From Penicillus capitatus (lineage: Eukaryota > Plantae > Chlorophyta), in NCBI GenBank assembly GCA_965649825.1, contig OZ287697.1, positions 955,635-1,019,634 of the forward strand: DNA of 64,000 bases. The letters are read 5' to 3'. Of this stretch, positions 11,433 through 24,752 are shown one piece after another (position 1 is the first letter of the stretch; each line of letters opens with the position of its first letter). Position numbers and translations under genes: made by a program. A model generated the notes under the pieces. That model was not told the DNA's origin. It did not search any database and saw only the letters and a program-made list of their open reading frames with translations.

Positions 11433-12827
11433 TCAAGTGCTCCAGCTATCTTCATCTGTCTCTCTATGGCTTCCTTCAATCTCCCACACAGCTATGTGAG
11501 GATCTTCGGCGCCAGAGTAGAGCTCATGTAGGGCTGCGTTATAACAGCAGCAGTGGACAGTGCTCATGTGTCCCCGCAACACGCACTTCATGTCTCCATT
11601 CTCCACATCGTATACCTGTAATCCCGCCATAGACATAATTGCCTGTCTCCCATCTGGAAAGAATCTCTTACATGCAGAGCGCTGCCGGACGGGAAGAAGA
11701 GGAGCCTTCCATCCTCACTCATACTGAGCTGCCGGTTCCGTATGGAACGATTGAAGGCATTTGGGAACTGCACGAAAAGACGTGTCAAATGCAGTGTATC
11801 CCAGACAATCAGGCAACTGTCTGTCCCTGCTGAGATCAGCAGACGTCCATCGGGACTCTGAACCAGATCCGTGATCATGCCTCGATGAACAGCCCCTTCT
11901 GTGTTGCCCTTCTGTGAAGCTACCTCTTGAGCAGATTGGTGAAGATTGAAGACGTGGAGGCAGCCCGACTGGCGGATATCCCAAAGCCGCAGCTGTCCAT
12001 CCCTGCAACCTGAAGCACCGAGACGTTTGGCGAAGAAGGCCAGGCGCACGGCGACCTGAATAAATCTGAAATTCGTGGTTTCTAGACCAAACGCTTCGTC
12101 GTGCAGCACGTGGGTGGCCATGTAACGTATGGGTACATGCACCCGAGTCCATGTCGCAAATCCGGACGGCTGCATCCTCGCTGCCGATGCAGATAAGACA
12201 GTGCGTGCCCAACGGCGACACAGCCACACTCGAGACGCGTGATCCCATCTCCCATTCCCATGCCACCTGCAATCTGCACACCAACCGTAGGCATCAACGC
12301 TCTCTTGGAGAAGCAGTCCGCCGGGACCTGTTGGCGTCCCACACTTTGACATGCTCATCATAGGATCCAGAAATGAAGATGCCGTTGTCAACGGGGTACC
12401 ATTCCACGCAGGAAACCGGAAGTTGATGAGATCGATGGATCGTGGCGATGGGAGTGTGTACGGATCCTCTGTCATCGCATCGCGATGGAACCTATGTGTC
12501 AACATTCTCATTCTTTCTCACACAAAGCGAGTGACCACATGAGTGTCGTACAGGACAATTGCAGCGTCTTGACGTGCAGCCAGCATTCTGCCGTAGGTTG
12601 ATTGCTCGAGAGCAAGCCACAGTATCGCCGACGGCGTCTCATCGTGTCCTTTCTCACACTTAATCCATTTCGTTTTGCTCAAGGCCAATCCACACAGTCT
12701 ACGTCACATCCTTCGATTCTCACTCTTCCATAAGTGTGACGTTATGCCGTTCGTAAAGAAGATTGGCAAAGACGAGATCGTCACGCACCCCGAGTTCGCG
12801 ATTGTAGATGCCGCGCACGACATTCAT
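11433..12827 (-). CDS. ERCC8: WD40 DNA excision repair protein ERCC8/CSA, multi-exon
   Basis: SCVEWYPVDNGIFISGSYDEHVKVWDAN, CDMDSGACTHTLHGH, DGQLRLWDIRQSG, LRGHMSTVHCC, and C-terminal DEDSWS. The start codon position is inferred. Confidence 0.85.
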
Positions 12828-12871
12828 CTTGGGCAATGGATGCCCATCATCTGCGTCTTCGATTCAGGACG

Positions 12872-14275
12872 ATGTTGGCCGCCGCTTTTTTTCTCTTTCT
12901 CCTCGGCGAGTCTCTCGCAGACCGTTATTTCAACAGCCTCGTGGAGGACTGCATTCCTGTCGCAGATTACCAGAGCGGATTCCTTTTCTTCCCGCAGCGT
13001 TTCCAGCTGGTCGGTGACACTGTGGACAACGGTGTGGAGATCGAAGTGGCAGAAGATTTCACCGTGCGCTACGAAAAAACGTTCAAAGTTGTGCACAATC
13101 TGCGTGTCAACGAGACCTATGTCCTCTATCAGTGCGGCACAGAGGTGCCTGATCTGACAGGGCTGCCCAAAACTGTCAAGGTGTTCGAGATCCCCTTGAC
13201 CTATGTCGCCTTGGCGGATGTGACGTCCAGCAGTTTCCTAGCCGAGCTCGGCGTCATAGATCGCGTCAAAGCAGCCTCGGCTTACGCCACGGAGCCCTGT
13301 CTGCAGAAAGTGACCCGTCGCTGTGGACGTATTGCTCAGGATCCGGCGAGTCTTTTTGCGGATGCCGCTCAGTTGCGCGTCCAGAATCGCAGAGCGGATG
13401 CCGTTTTCGTCTCCGGCGCATCGAATGACAGCAAATCGATCGCCTTCACGGCGACCATGGACCCGGCTGTGCTCAAACGCGCCGAGTGGGTCAAGTTCGT
13501 CTCGCTCTTTTTCAATAAAGAACCCGAAGCAAATCGTTTCTTTGACGCCATCGCCGAAAAGTGGCGTGATTCTGGCATCGCTTCGAACAAAGGCGGCCCG
13601 CGGGTTGCGTGGATCAGCTATCAAGACTACGACGGCCGCCAATTCTTCATCCACTTTGCTCCCTACAAGGTCGACTACATCCGAGCCGCCGGCGGCCGTC
13701 TTCTGGAAACGAAGTCTCTGAAAAAGGCGAACGGTGTGACGCCGACACTCAATGGATATCTCATCGAGTTCGGCAAGCGCCGAGGAGAAGCAGTAGCGCA
13801 ACTCCATGCGATCCTGCGCGATGTCGATGTGGTGATCGACGAAACGTATCAGCCAAACAACACGGCCTACGACATGGATGCGTTCTCCACCATTTTTGGC
13901 TTCGCTAAGGATAGCGATTTTGCTTTTATCACTGAGAAACGCGTCTTTCGCTTGGATGGGATGATCGCCGAGGCGATCGGGGGAGGCGATGTGCTGGATT
14001 GGTACGAAACGGGCGTGGCTCGACCAGATCTCGTGCTCAAAGATCTACAGAAGGCGTTTGGCACAGCGAAGCATCAGGGACATCGACGCACATGGCTCCG
14101 CAATCTCTCCAAAGGCGAAAAGCCGAAGGTGCTGTCACACAAAGACTGTCTCGATTTCAAATGGTGTCATGTACGTCCCGAGGCGATCTGCCCCGCGGTT
14201 CAGGTCAACTGCGTCGGTGATATCGAATACCGCAACGACACAGAACAGTCCTGTCAACCTCTCACATGCAACTGA
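12872..14275 (+). CDS. Secreted periplasmic-binding-protein-like protein, similar to algal cobalamin acquisition protein CBA1
   Basis: Signal peptide MLAAAFFLFLLGESLA; motifs FTVRYEKTFKVV, ETYVLYQCGT, RAEWVKFVSLFFNKE, DVVIDETY, WYETGVARPDLVLKDL typical of BtuF-fold/CBA1-type proteins. Family assignment is from recall. Confidence 0.62.
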   Translation: MLAAAFFLFLLGESLADRYFNSLVEDCIPVADYQSGFLFFPQRFQLVGDTVDNGVEIEVAEDFTVRYEKTFKVVHNLRVNETYVLYQCGTEVPDLTGLPKTVKVFEIPLTYVALADVTSSSFLAELGVIDRVKAASAYATEPCLQKVTRRCGRIAQDPASLFADAAQLRVQNRRADAVFVSGASNDSKSIAFTATMDPAVLKRAEWVKFVSLFFNKEPEANRFFDAIAEKWRDSGIASNKGGPRVAWISYQDYDGRQFFIHFAPYKVDYIRAAGGRLLETKSLKKANGVTPTLNGYLIEFGKRRGEAVAQLHAILRDVDVVIDETYQPNNTAYDMDAFSTIFGFAKDSDFAFITEKRVFRLDGMIAEAIGGGDVLDWYETGVARPDLVLKDLQKAFGTAKHQGHRRTWLRNLSKGEKPKVLSHKDCLDFKWCHVRPEAICPAVQVNCVGDIEYRNDTEQSCQPLTCN

Positions 14276-14560
14276 ACTGTACAAACATCCATTTCATTCT
14301 GCATCATACGCTTCCTCCCTTTGATGTTTTCTCTGTCCTGTCGAGTCGCTATCATCCTAAGACTTGTGGAATTGGCTGTTAGGACAATTTATTCTCACGA
14401 TTGTTAAGTTTATGTTCTCTGAATGATGTGACAGGCAGGATGTCTGCTCGACCAAATGTCTCCTTACAAAAAACTAAGGACGTCGTCGTCGTCCAAACAA
14501 ACGACCACACTTCTGATAAGAATGAGAAAGACAATCAATGCAGGAAAGAGATTTCTGAGA

Positions 14561-15980
14561 TCAAGGCTCAGGTTCAATGGAGTAAGAAACGTAGGGTAAG
14601 GTCTCGCTCTCGACGGATGGACCGAGGGCGCCACCCGTTGGCCCTTCATCCATGCTTGTCCACACTGTAGAACAACACACACGTCACATCATCGCTGGCA
14701 ACCTCGCAGCATCTCACCGTCGTCTCCAAAAGTCTGTAGAATAGTTCGGAGTCTCTTTTCATTCTTCGCACGTGTCTCAATGATCCCTGCTACGAAACTC
14801 GGCGGCAGACCGTAACGCAGGATACTCTCGACGAACAGGCGAATCACCATCGTATGGATCCAGGCGCTAAACACCTGCAACGTCACATCATCGTTTTCTC
14901 ATCTCGTGATGATGTGACCGCTACCGACCTCTCCATACGATGTGGTGCACCATTCTTCGAGCAGCTGCTTCTTGTTGGCTGCATCGGCTTTGATCGCCTC
15001 CAAGTTCTCTTTTTGCGCCTCGGACTGCTCGGCTTCGAAGGTGAAGTCCCGAACTTGATAGCCACGCGATCTCGTGACCGATTTGAAATTATCAACCTCT
15101 TTGGCAAAGATGATCACCGAGACCAACGCAAATTCGTGATCTTCTGAAATCACGTTGGAAGATCTGGGCACCTGATACACCGCCGCCAGACGTCACATCA
15201 TCTCATGAGGTGAAAGGAGAGGGACAGACCACAAAGGGGTTGAGTTTCTCGTAGCATGAGAGCCATTCCTTCACACTAAACTTAGAGATCACAACCAACA
15301 GCGTCGTCAAATAATCTGTCTGCAATATGTGTTCTTCTTTGATCATCCCTATTGCCGTACAGACATATCTGCTAAGTATGTGATGGGACATCTGACGGTT
15401 GGATGATAATATACCTGAGAGATCCTTAACGGCCAAGCTTCCTGCTGTCTTGCGTGCAATGGCACTCAAAGCACCCTTGACATGATTGTACTCTCCCACT
15501 TTGACCTACACCATCCATGTCTGCCACGTTTAGCTGCGGAGAAGTCTGCCTCAGACATGCCTTCATATCATCGTCTATTCTGGCCACCGTTTCTTGAATT
15601 TTCTCGACCGTTTCGCGAAGGGGTCGGTTGGATGGATATTTCGCCTCTTCCCATAAAAACTGCGTTAGGAATTCGTGAACCGTCCTGCCGTCCACCGTGA
15701 GGCCACCCGCGTCGCCACTGGCTGCAGTATCGAGGCGACTAAGCTCCAGGAATTGTCTCCTCAATTTGAGCACAGTGCTTTCGATGAGGGCATTGATTTT
15801 AAGCATGTCGTCTGAGAGGGCAAGAAGTGAATCGAGTGTGCCGACTTTGAGTTTAGGAATCTCGAGACGCGACGCGGGGGACGGCAGAAGCGATTGCGTT
15901 TTGCTGACCAGGTTGGACCATGTCGTATTTTTTTCTTCGGTGGTGGGACCGGACGGAAAGCTCACGAACCAGTAAGGCAT
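14561..15980 (-). CDS. VHA-C: V-type proton ATPase subunit C, multi-exon
   Basis: MPYWFVSFP..IPKLKVGTLDSLLALSDDM, FLWEEAKYP, TAGSLAVKDL, FVESILRYGLPPSF, C-terminal PYVSYSI. Confidence 0.93.
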
Positions 15981-16283
15981 CTCAGCGGACGAATGCAACA
16001 ATGCGGTTGATGAAAATGCATCCACGCATTCCTGAGGGGAACGGACGAACGTGGAGAAACGTCACATCAGAAGCGACATGGAGGCGACGAGGCTGCTGCA
16101 GGAGATGGAGAAGATGCAGGTGAAAGCCACGGCGAAGGATAAGGACAGTGGTGAGATATGTGTTAGGAAGCGTTGCAATTCGCACGGCGCCGATTGGACG
16201 CGTCGGAAGTGAACTTCAGTGGTCATGTGATCACGATGGTCATGAGGGAATCGTCAAGGAGGTGAAGAGAATGCTGATCGGGT

Positions 16284-18010
16284 GTGAGCCTTGACGTACG
16301 AACGAACGTTGACAGATCCCTGAGTGGCTCAAGGGCAACATCACGAGAAGTGGAACGTCGTCGGAGCCGCAGATCTGAACGCTATCCCATACCCGCCATC
16401 GCTTTTTCTGCCTCGGAGGACGTTTTGCTTTTTGATGCTGCACGCAAAGACGATGCGCAGAATTCGATGCGTCATCATCATTCAGAAGACACGGCGGAGA
16501 GCGCACGCGTCGATGATGACGACGACGTTTCGCGACGATCGACATCGGCGCACGAAGATGAAGAAAGAGATGATATTCACGATGAGGAAAGAGGCAGTGC
16601 GATCGTTTCGATCGACGATGGCACAGCGTCTTCGATCGACATCCTAAACGCGCGATCGGTGTTGGATGCATCATCCGAAAGCAATCTTCGCGAGACTGTT
16701 GACGTGGAGATGAAGGCGACAGTCGTTCGCGAGTCATCGTCGGAGACACAAGAGCAAACAGAGGAGCCTCCGAGACAGAAAGACCCGACAGCGATGATCG
16801 TCGACGAGATGTCCTCGTTCGGCAAGAGGGTAGTAGATTGCTCGGTAGCAACCAAGTGCTTGGCATTATTGGACGATCCTCCAGAACGCCATGCGTTTTG
16901 GGAACCGAGTTGTGTGGTGGCTGTCAAAGATCTGCAACATGAGGGGCGCTGTATTCGAGCGACAGGTACTCGTGAAGCCACCGATTTGCGTTCGAGTGTG
17001 ATGGATGCTGAAGAGAGCGAGGCTTTGGAGACGCCATGTCAACGAGAGGCCCCGACCATGGACACCCATCTGGATGTCCATCAACGATATCCGATCCAGA
17101 CGCAATCTCTGCAAGCAGACAACGATGCATCGGATAACGACGATGGTGACGTCGATGCAGGCAGACCTTTCGACAGGCTCGGCCAGTTGCTCACACTTCT
17201 TCGGCGCAAGCAGGTGGAAACGCAGGTGAATGACCTATAACTCGACGGTTTGATCGCCAAACGATCCGTCTCAAAATTTAGCGTTCATTTACGGCATTGG
17301 CAGAAACGATCGATGCCGTTCTCTGCGAAGCGGAGATATCCGGACGCGTCGACGGCGAAGAACGCAGAGATGTCGGACAGGATAGCATTAGAGATGCCTT
17401 ACACACAACGGCTGGGTCATCTAATTGCGAGAGAAACCGAACGGAACGTACAATGAACACCACGGGCGATGGCTATCCATTCGATGGTCCCCTCCCCATC
17501 CACGCCAAAACTCAAAAGCCATGGCCAATACCGTCGTCTTCCATGGATGACGCACCACCATCCATGCATTGCCCTCACAGCAGAGATTCCGATCGAGGCA
17601 CGTCCAAAATCCTCCGCACGCAAAAGGCCACATCACTCAGTAGTGTGGGCTCTGTTCTGAGCGACTTGAGTCGCTACCTAATCACGTCCAAAACTCCCAA
17701 ACAGCGATGGATATCGGCCTTTCTGAAGATCAAGAGGATTCGAGCGCTGAGCGGTGCCCATTGGAACACATTTCGTGCGACAGAGTCTCTGAGGAGAGAG
17801 GATCCCACACAAACAACCGTCAAATCCAACCTCGAGATCTTCCTTTACGGTCTGTTCTCGGGCAACATGTTATCAGATGTGCGATCGACTGTCGCAGGAT
17901 ATAGAGAGAGACAGAATCATCGACAGGCAGCGATCTCAATGCGTCTCCACGTCCGTGCTGTTCGCTTCTCCTATTGTCTCCAAATCCGGTGCCTCTCTGC
18001 CATAGGATAA
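16284..18010 (+). CDS. Hypothetical acidic low-complexity protein (probably multi-exon)
   Basis: Two long consecutive ORFs (318 and 237 aa) with coiled-coil-like and KQRWISAFLKIKRIRAL segments; no family recognised; boundaries uncertain. Confidence 0.4.
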
Positions 18011-18058
18011 CGGCGGCGGAGGACACGGGTGTTCGATCTAGTACGCCTCCATCAGTGT

Positions 18059-18700
18059 TCATCGCCAACGCAACGGCCGAGTTACTTCGATGTCGATGGA
18101 CTCGACGACTGGATCAGTGTGCGGCGGCGTTCTGAACAGCAATGCGTAGAGATCCTCGTTTTTGAACAACGTGTGTGCGATGATATGTGTGAGGTGTTTG
18201 ATTTCGTCGAGTTCGTAGATCGCTGCATCGATCATCGCATCGTGCCATTCGGCACACATCTCCGCCAGTGTGTGACCCTCTACAAAGATCGATCGAATTT
18301 CGAAAAGTGTGCGAGGACACGCGCCTCGACACATCGAAACGAGTCGCATGACGATCCCCGTCAAAATCCACATCTTATGAGGCGTCAAAGCCACGCGCTT
18401 GAAACGACTGCCACCACTCATTGCTCATTGCCCGTCCAACGAGCTTAGGTCTTACTCGAGGGTCTGCACGACCAGATCGATCGTTGCTGCTTGAATGGGA
18501 TTGTACGCAAACTCGGTCAGATCCATGGCATCGGCGATTGCTTTCTTCATGGTATCTGGATTCTCGTCACATCGCATGTACGATTCGATGTCGTTCGGCG
18601 ATAGCGATCGGAGTGGCGCCGCCATGTCGTCGGCAAATCGCTCATGTACAACACAAGGACGCATTCAACAACACAATCGATGATCGTTACATGGTCGATC
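18059..18700 (-). CDS. CFAP119/CCDC189-like (CLAMP domain) flagellar protein, multi-exon; 5' end uncertain
   Basis: AATIDLVVQTLE|..TPHKMWILTGIV..ELDEIKHLTHIIAHTLFKNEDLYALLF resembles the DFY..FAK..FT.EK / FS..DVK.I..Y...YF.HY.LY..VF pattern of CLAMP domains. Confidence 0.5.
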
Positions 18701-19497
18701 CATAACGACGGCCTCGGCGCGTGCGTCAGTATTCATAAGGCGGCTGCATCGTCGGCAACAGTCCAAAGCGTTTCTTAAACGTGATGCGTTCGCGCGAGAG
18801 TTTATCATCCGGCGAGAACTTTGCCGGATGCGCCGAGACGGTCGGGTCGCCTTCAGGCGAGGCACTCTACACACAGAAGCGTCGCACACAGCCGTCGATC
18901 GAAAGGCGCCGTGCCTTCAGGGTATAGACCCGTTGCTCCTGCCCCTTCTCGACGTAGTACTTCAGATACATAGCAGATGCACAGCGGAATGTCCATAACG
19001 CGCATTTTTGGCCACGGGATACGACGTGCCGTTATCCGATTCGATAACCGACTGTGAAAACCACAGAATGAACACTGGGCGGAAGATACCAGACCCATTC
19101 TCCATTTCTTGCCTCGGAAAAACGCTGTCCTCCGTATCAACCACCAAAAGAGTCGCGGCTTTTTACATCTCCGCGCCGTCTGCATCATCTGACCGTGTTT
19201 AGCGCAACTCAAACGCGCATTTTGGTGGTTCCCCGATAACGGCACATTTGCCTTACTAATCGAACGCCCGTTGGCGTAGGAGAGTACGGTTTTGCTGGTC
19301 GCTTGTTGTTCTCTGGTGCTGTGAAGCTGCTGGTTTCAAGATTCTCGAGCCTCGTCATTCTTCAAGGAATCCGTCTCCGATTTTGTCTCCCGTTACAACT
19401 GACCACACCACCAACGCCACGCGCTTCACACTGCGTCCGAGAAACGAACAAGTGGTGACAAACCGATTGCCCACCTTCTGTGACACACCGGCGAAAA

Positions 19498-21039
19498 ATG
19501 TTCGAAAAATTTCCTCAGCTCAAACGTCTGGAGCGACTGTTAACCAAAACACAAGCATTTTCGCCAAGAAAACCAAGATTGTCTGCAAGTGAGGGCCCCT
19601 CCGCTGCAATTCTTGCGACGCGTCGTGCGACGGTGCTCACGGTCGTGTGGACGCAGGTCGTCGGTTCCTTGGCGCTTTGTCCGCAAGACCTGTTGCCGTT
19701 AACCCAGACACAGCTCAAAAGTCTCTGCTTCCGGCAAGATGACTTGGGGCGAACCCTGTGCTCTAGGTCTTGCGTTTGTGAAACCTTCGACAACGTTGAT
19801 GAGACGTGTACTCCCTCTAAGAAACACACGGCAGCAGCTGCCAAGAGTCTCTACGATTCAGATGACTTGCTTGAATTCAAAAATCCAGAAGATGGGTCGA
19901 ATCGGCCGACGAAGAAGAAAAGCCCGTTAGAGCGGAAGAGAAGAACGTGGTAAGTAGTGCCCCCCTCTACATACCCAACCCATCTCACGCGTTTTCTCTT
20001 TAGGACCAACACTATGTGTTCCCCGCGCGATCTGTTGCGATCGAGGAATGTCGCTGGTCCATCGACACCGAAGAATGACGGGTTCGGATCCCAATCGAAA
20101 GGCACCCCGCGGCAAACGGCGGCAAAACGCATTGGCAGACGTGCCATGCATCGACCGATGCAAGAGCAGCCGTCATCCGATGCCCTGAACGTGCTATCCG
20201 ATGAAGAGTGCGAGGAACATGAGAGTGCCGGTTACCAGAAGCGTGTGCGTTATCCTTTGCCGACGATGCCCTTGGCCATCATGGTTCCTGTCGGCCATCT
20301 TCCTGAATACGTTACTCCAGTGGATACGGAGACGGTTCTGTCCAAGACGTCGGAATTCGACGACAACATTGATACCTTGATAGAGACACGCGAACGACTG
20401 GCGACGTCGTATGCTATGTTCGATGATCTCTGCACGTCTTTTCGTGGACCGGAGAATCTCAACCGATTTCTCCATTCCCTTGTGGAGCCGCCACGTTCAG
20501 CAACGGCAACGCCCGAAGTGGATTTTCGTGATGTGACGTCGCCAGGATGGCCATTCCAATCGGCAGCGAAGCAGAGCAAAGGACAACAAGTAAAATGCCA
20601 ACCATAACCGTTCACTCATGGAGACGTACGTCCTTGCTTGGCAGTTGATATCACCGCCGCCTGTAGAGTTTGGAATGAGCGTGGGAAGAAACAACACTTT
20701 ATCACCTCTGTCATCCGATTCCCGTCTTTGCCGACCAACAGTCTCAACTCGGATGAAACAGGTTCAGCCGCCAAACTATCGTTCGACAAGGTACACCTCT
20801 TGACCAGTCGATCGCTGCCTGCTCATCGACATCTGCTGTCACGCTTCAGTATCTTGTCCCCCTCATCGTCCACAGACAGTGCGATGTCCGCCGCCACAAT
20901 GCGTTCGGCAATTGGAAAGCGGAACAGTTCGGTTAATGTTGACAGGAAAATAAATCGGAAGATGAATCGGAGCTGCACTCCCGCTATCATGCCTGTGTCA
21001 GAAGAGGTGCGCCGCCACGATGCACGCCGCCGCCGTTGA
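19498..21039 (+). CDS. Hypothetical multi-exon protein
   Basis: Successive ORFs (19480-19953, 19957-20607, 20638-21039) separated by short GT..AG intervals; no family recognised. Confidence 0.35.
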
Positions 21040-22665
21040 TGTGACAGGAGCGTCTGTGTAGGATGCCAGAGAAGACATGATGCTGCGCGTGCGCCGTGGA
21101 CTACTGAATCTTCCATGGATTGGAGAGGCCACTCCAGATCCCTCCTGTCGTTCAACTCCGTGTCCAACGGACATGCTTGCGTGCTCTTTGAGGTCACCCT
21201 TTGAGAAGAACATATGACCTCCTTAATGCCTTAGCTCTCCCTTCGTCTTTCGATTGTCATTCCTGGCGAAGGGCTATCAGATTCCGTTGCGTCTTTCAGT
21301 ACTTGATCTCTTGTATTTCACATCAATGGGCAGCCCCATTGATTTCCAGTAAAAGATACCCACTAGGGCATCGACCTTTCGCCTTGGTTCTCTGAAGAAA
21401 TTGTGTACAACTCCATGGTCTTTGAGTCTTTAAGTGTTTCTCAGTCTTTATGTGTCTGCATCTTTGAAAAGGGGTGATTTTGCGCTAAATAAAATGCAAA
21501 AGCGTTTGCATATGCAGAAATCTTTTTTCTATGCTCCGGATTCGATGAACTGCTATGAAGCCTACCCCTCCATCTTTCAGCAACCGTTTAAAGATTCGCT
21601 GTTTTCTTCCGGGAGTGCACAGAATTGTGTTGCATCCTCTGTGTGATGTACATTTCGGTGCTGAGGATATTGCAAAGCTTACTTAGCTGGTATGAATGGC
21701 CATTGCTGGGTTTTGCTCTTCTTTTAATGCGTAATGCTGATAGTGCGAGCCATGGAGAACGGGAGGATCCAATAGCCAGGCTTTCTCATCAGGATACTAA
21801 ATGGACCGAACTTAGCACATATGTTTGTTTGTGTGCAAACGTCTCTCTGTTGTGATACCATCAATAGTCGTTCCGCTGAAGTCAAAGGGTTCTTGGATTC
21901 TTCTTGATCACGACAACCTTATCCTCTATTTGACATTTTATTCCGAAAATGCACGGTTCAATAGAAGAATCGTAAGGGGGCTACTCTCAACAGCGCGTTG
22001 AATTTGAAGTGATACATCATGTCGATGTTGCAATGTAAGGCTGACGGACGCGCAAGAGTACTATGGATAAGGATTTTTTATTTCCCTTCCTTCCGCACAG
22101 TCATTCGTGTGCGCTATTGTTTACAGACAGTCTTTGTTGTTGTAACGTTTGTATACGTTAACGGGATCTGAAGCAACAAAGAGAACGCACTCGCTGGATG
22201 ATGCTCGGAAATGTATCAAGGCTCTATGTGTGACGAAAAGCAAGACCGATGGGTGTGAATCCAGTCGGAGACCTGTGTGCGTGATGTCATGGCCCTCTTT
22301 GGCACAACGATGCCTTCCACTGCTGACTGCGGCCAGATAATGTAGTATCGTGATGTGATTCCCAAATGCCTGCCGCCTTCGCTCGCTGCCGTTCTGCTAT
22401 TCTGCTGCGCGATTACGATATCTCTGTCTGCAGAAGATGTGATCGAGAGCTGAGAACAGGAGGCTCTATTGATTGCGACATCAAGACAACGCTAACAAAA
22501 GGTGACAGCATCTGTGTACAACGGCGATCCATGATGGCGAGGTCTATGCCATGGAATGCCGTCGCTACTTGGACACGTACAATACATGCAACTAACTCTC
22601 CACTACAGATATCACAGCATGAATGCACGCATTGTCTGTGCAATGTTATCGATAAAATGATGAAT

Positions 22666-24677
22666 TCAGCGCTTGGAGTGGAGATGGTCTGGCTTCGTGG
22701 CCAGAATCTCCTTCACGGTATATCCAAATCGATCGAAGTCCTCTTTGTAGTAGTGATAGGCTTTCATCATCAGATCTTCAGTGTAGTACTGCCAGATTTG
22801 ATTTGCTGAGTCATGGGTCCGTGTCTGGTAAGACTTTTCACCGAATGCATGGTGTCCATCTCCCCATCCATCGGCGCCGTATTCTTCCCAGAAGTTGAGG
22901 GACGTTCCAAATTCTTTCATCTCTGGCAGAAGATGGCCTTGCTTGCCAACGAAGTCAAGCTCGGAGCGTCGGAAATTGCAGAAAGCTGATTGGATTCGGA
23001 AGTGCTGGTCGAGTTTGTCTGGATTCGGATGCAGCTTGGTGAGACAGTGTACGAATTTGTGGAAAGGTGGTATTTTTATTTTCAAGCCTTTCATACAGGC
23101 CTGTACCCCTGGGACTCTGTGGTACTGGTGCTTCTGGAAGATCTTGTCGAGATAGCCAGACAACAGACGAGAGATTGGATGACGGACGATGACCCCTCGG
23201 ACAAATTTCTGATCGTGTGCAATGGCCTGCCAGATAGACACAGATCGTCTATCGGATAAGATATATGATCTGTCGTACTTTTTTCTCTTTGTAGTTGAGG
23301 TTACCAGCGAATTGCAGTCCTGAGCGTCTCGGGCTCTGATTGATACCCGTTCCTGTCTGATTCCAGTCCTTGTACCCGCTCATTCTACGCATGAGGACTT
23401 TTGTCATCGTGCTCCCGCTCTTGGGTATGGCGCATATGACAAAGCCATATCTACACAGAATCTTCATCGCAAGCAGATTTTGACCTGTGGCTAGTTCACT
23501 GTTTCATGACGACTCCACTGGCGTCCACCTTCATCATTCTTTCCCAGTGCACAGCAGGGTGATCTTTGTCGGCACAGATCCACCGATTTCGCCTGTCGAT
23601 CATGATGCTTGCTCGTTGAACAATATGATCCACATCAGCCGTCACATCATCGACACCCTCTCTGTCCAAGTCGATGACCCTCAGAGGACATGGCCATTGA
23701 AGGCTGCTGCTGCCACGAGCACCCTTTGCAGCAAAGATGGCCCTCGATCCCAACCCTTCCGTCAGCGTCTTGGACAGATCATTAGCAAACTCCACGCATC
23801 CATCACCGTCCAGACAGACGAAGACGTGATCGGATCCCTTGAACGTGCGGTACGCGTAAGCAGACTTGACCGATCTGACCATCTCTGTGAGCAGTGCTCG
23901 GTATTGTGTCGTATTTCCCTCCGTCTTGCGAAACCACGACAAGGGATCCACAGGAATGACATGGAGTCGGGCATCTCCACTCTCGACGCTCGTCCCATTT
24001 AGATGACTCAGCAACTCCTGGTACTTCTGGCATCCGAGGTTGCAGTCACTGTCTGGGCATTGGGCACAGATTTCATCATTTGCCCGGTAGACAGACTCTG
24101 GAGAAAAAAGATGAAACGATGCTGATGTCGAATTCGCGCCACTGACGAACGCATTGCTGTATGATAACGACTGGTCACTGTTCTCCGTTCGCTTCTCCTG
24201 TTTAGTATCTGTCGCTTTCTGTGCAATCTCCGTGTGTTCTTCACTGCGTGTTGGATTCTCTACGGATGCTGGGGCATCTGCGGACACCTCTTCGATATTA
24301 CCCCACTCCTCCTGTGCCGTTTCGTGTCCGCTTGTTACAGCACGTTCCTCGTCGGAAGTTGTTTCGGTCGCCGGACTTTCTTGAATCTCGAGCCTCTCTG
24401 CTGCCGCTGCTCCTTCAGATTTGCTCATCGTTTCAGAGCTGTCCATTTTCCCAGTCGAGCCCTCCTCTCTCGCACTGCTGCTTCGAATGAATGTCGTCTC
24501 GCGATACATTTCCGTTGTCTCTTTTCCTGCTTACAGAATGCTTGTCTCGAAGATCGTTTCCGCACGCAGCATACCTGTTTGTAACTGAGCCGTATAAAAC
24601 AGGAGAATGAGGACGAGAATCACGGCACAGGCGCCGTATTCCTTCCATCCTAATCGGCGCTGGGCGACCCGAGACAT
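22666..24677 (-). CDS. Type II membrane (Golgi) carbohydrate sulfotransferase, 4 exons
   Basis: N-terminal TM (YGACAVILVLILLFY), acidic stem, GVVMKQ|YGFVICAIPKSGST, VRHPISRLLSGYLDK; three ~50-nt GT-AG introns. Confidence 0.85.
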
Positions 24678-24752
24678 GAATTCGATAAGAAAACCGACTG
24701 AATGCTTACACAGTCACATCACCCATCCGTCCTTCTGAACACCTCCACCATC

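Noticed and set aside
21200-22600. Possible transposon remnant or ncRNA in ORF-poor DNA (similarly 61400-63100)
   Set aside because: No terminal repeats, TSD, transposase motifs or RNA-gene signatures seen.
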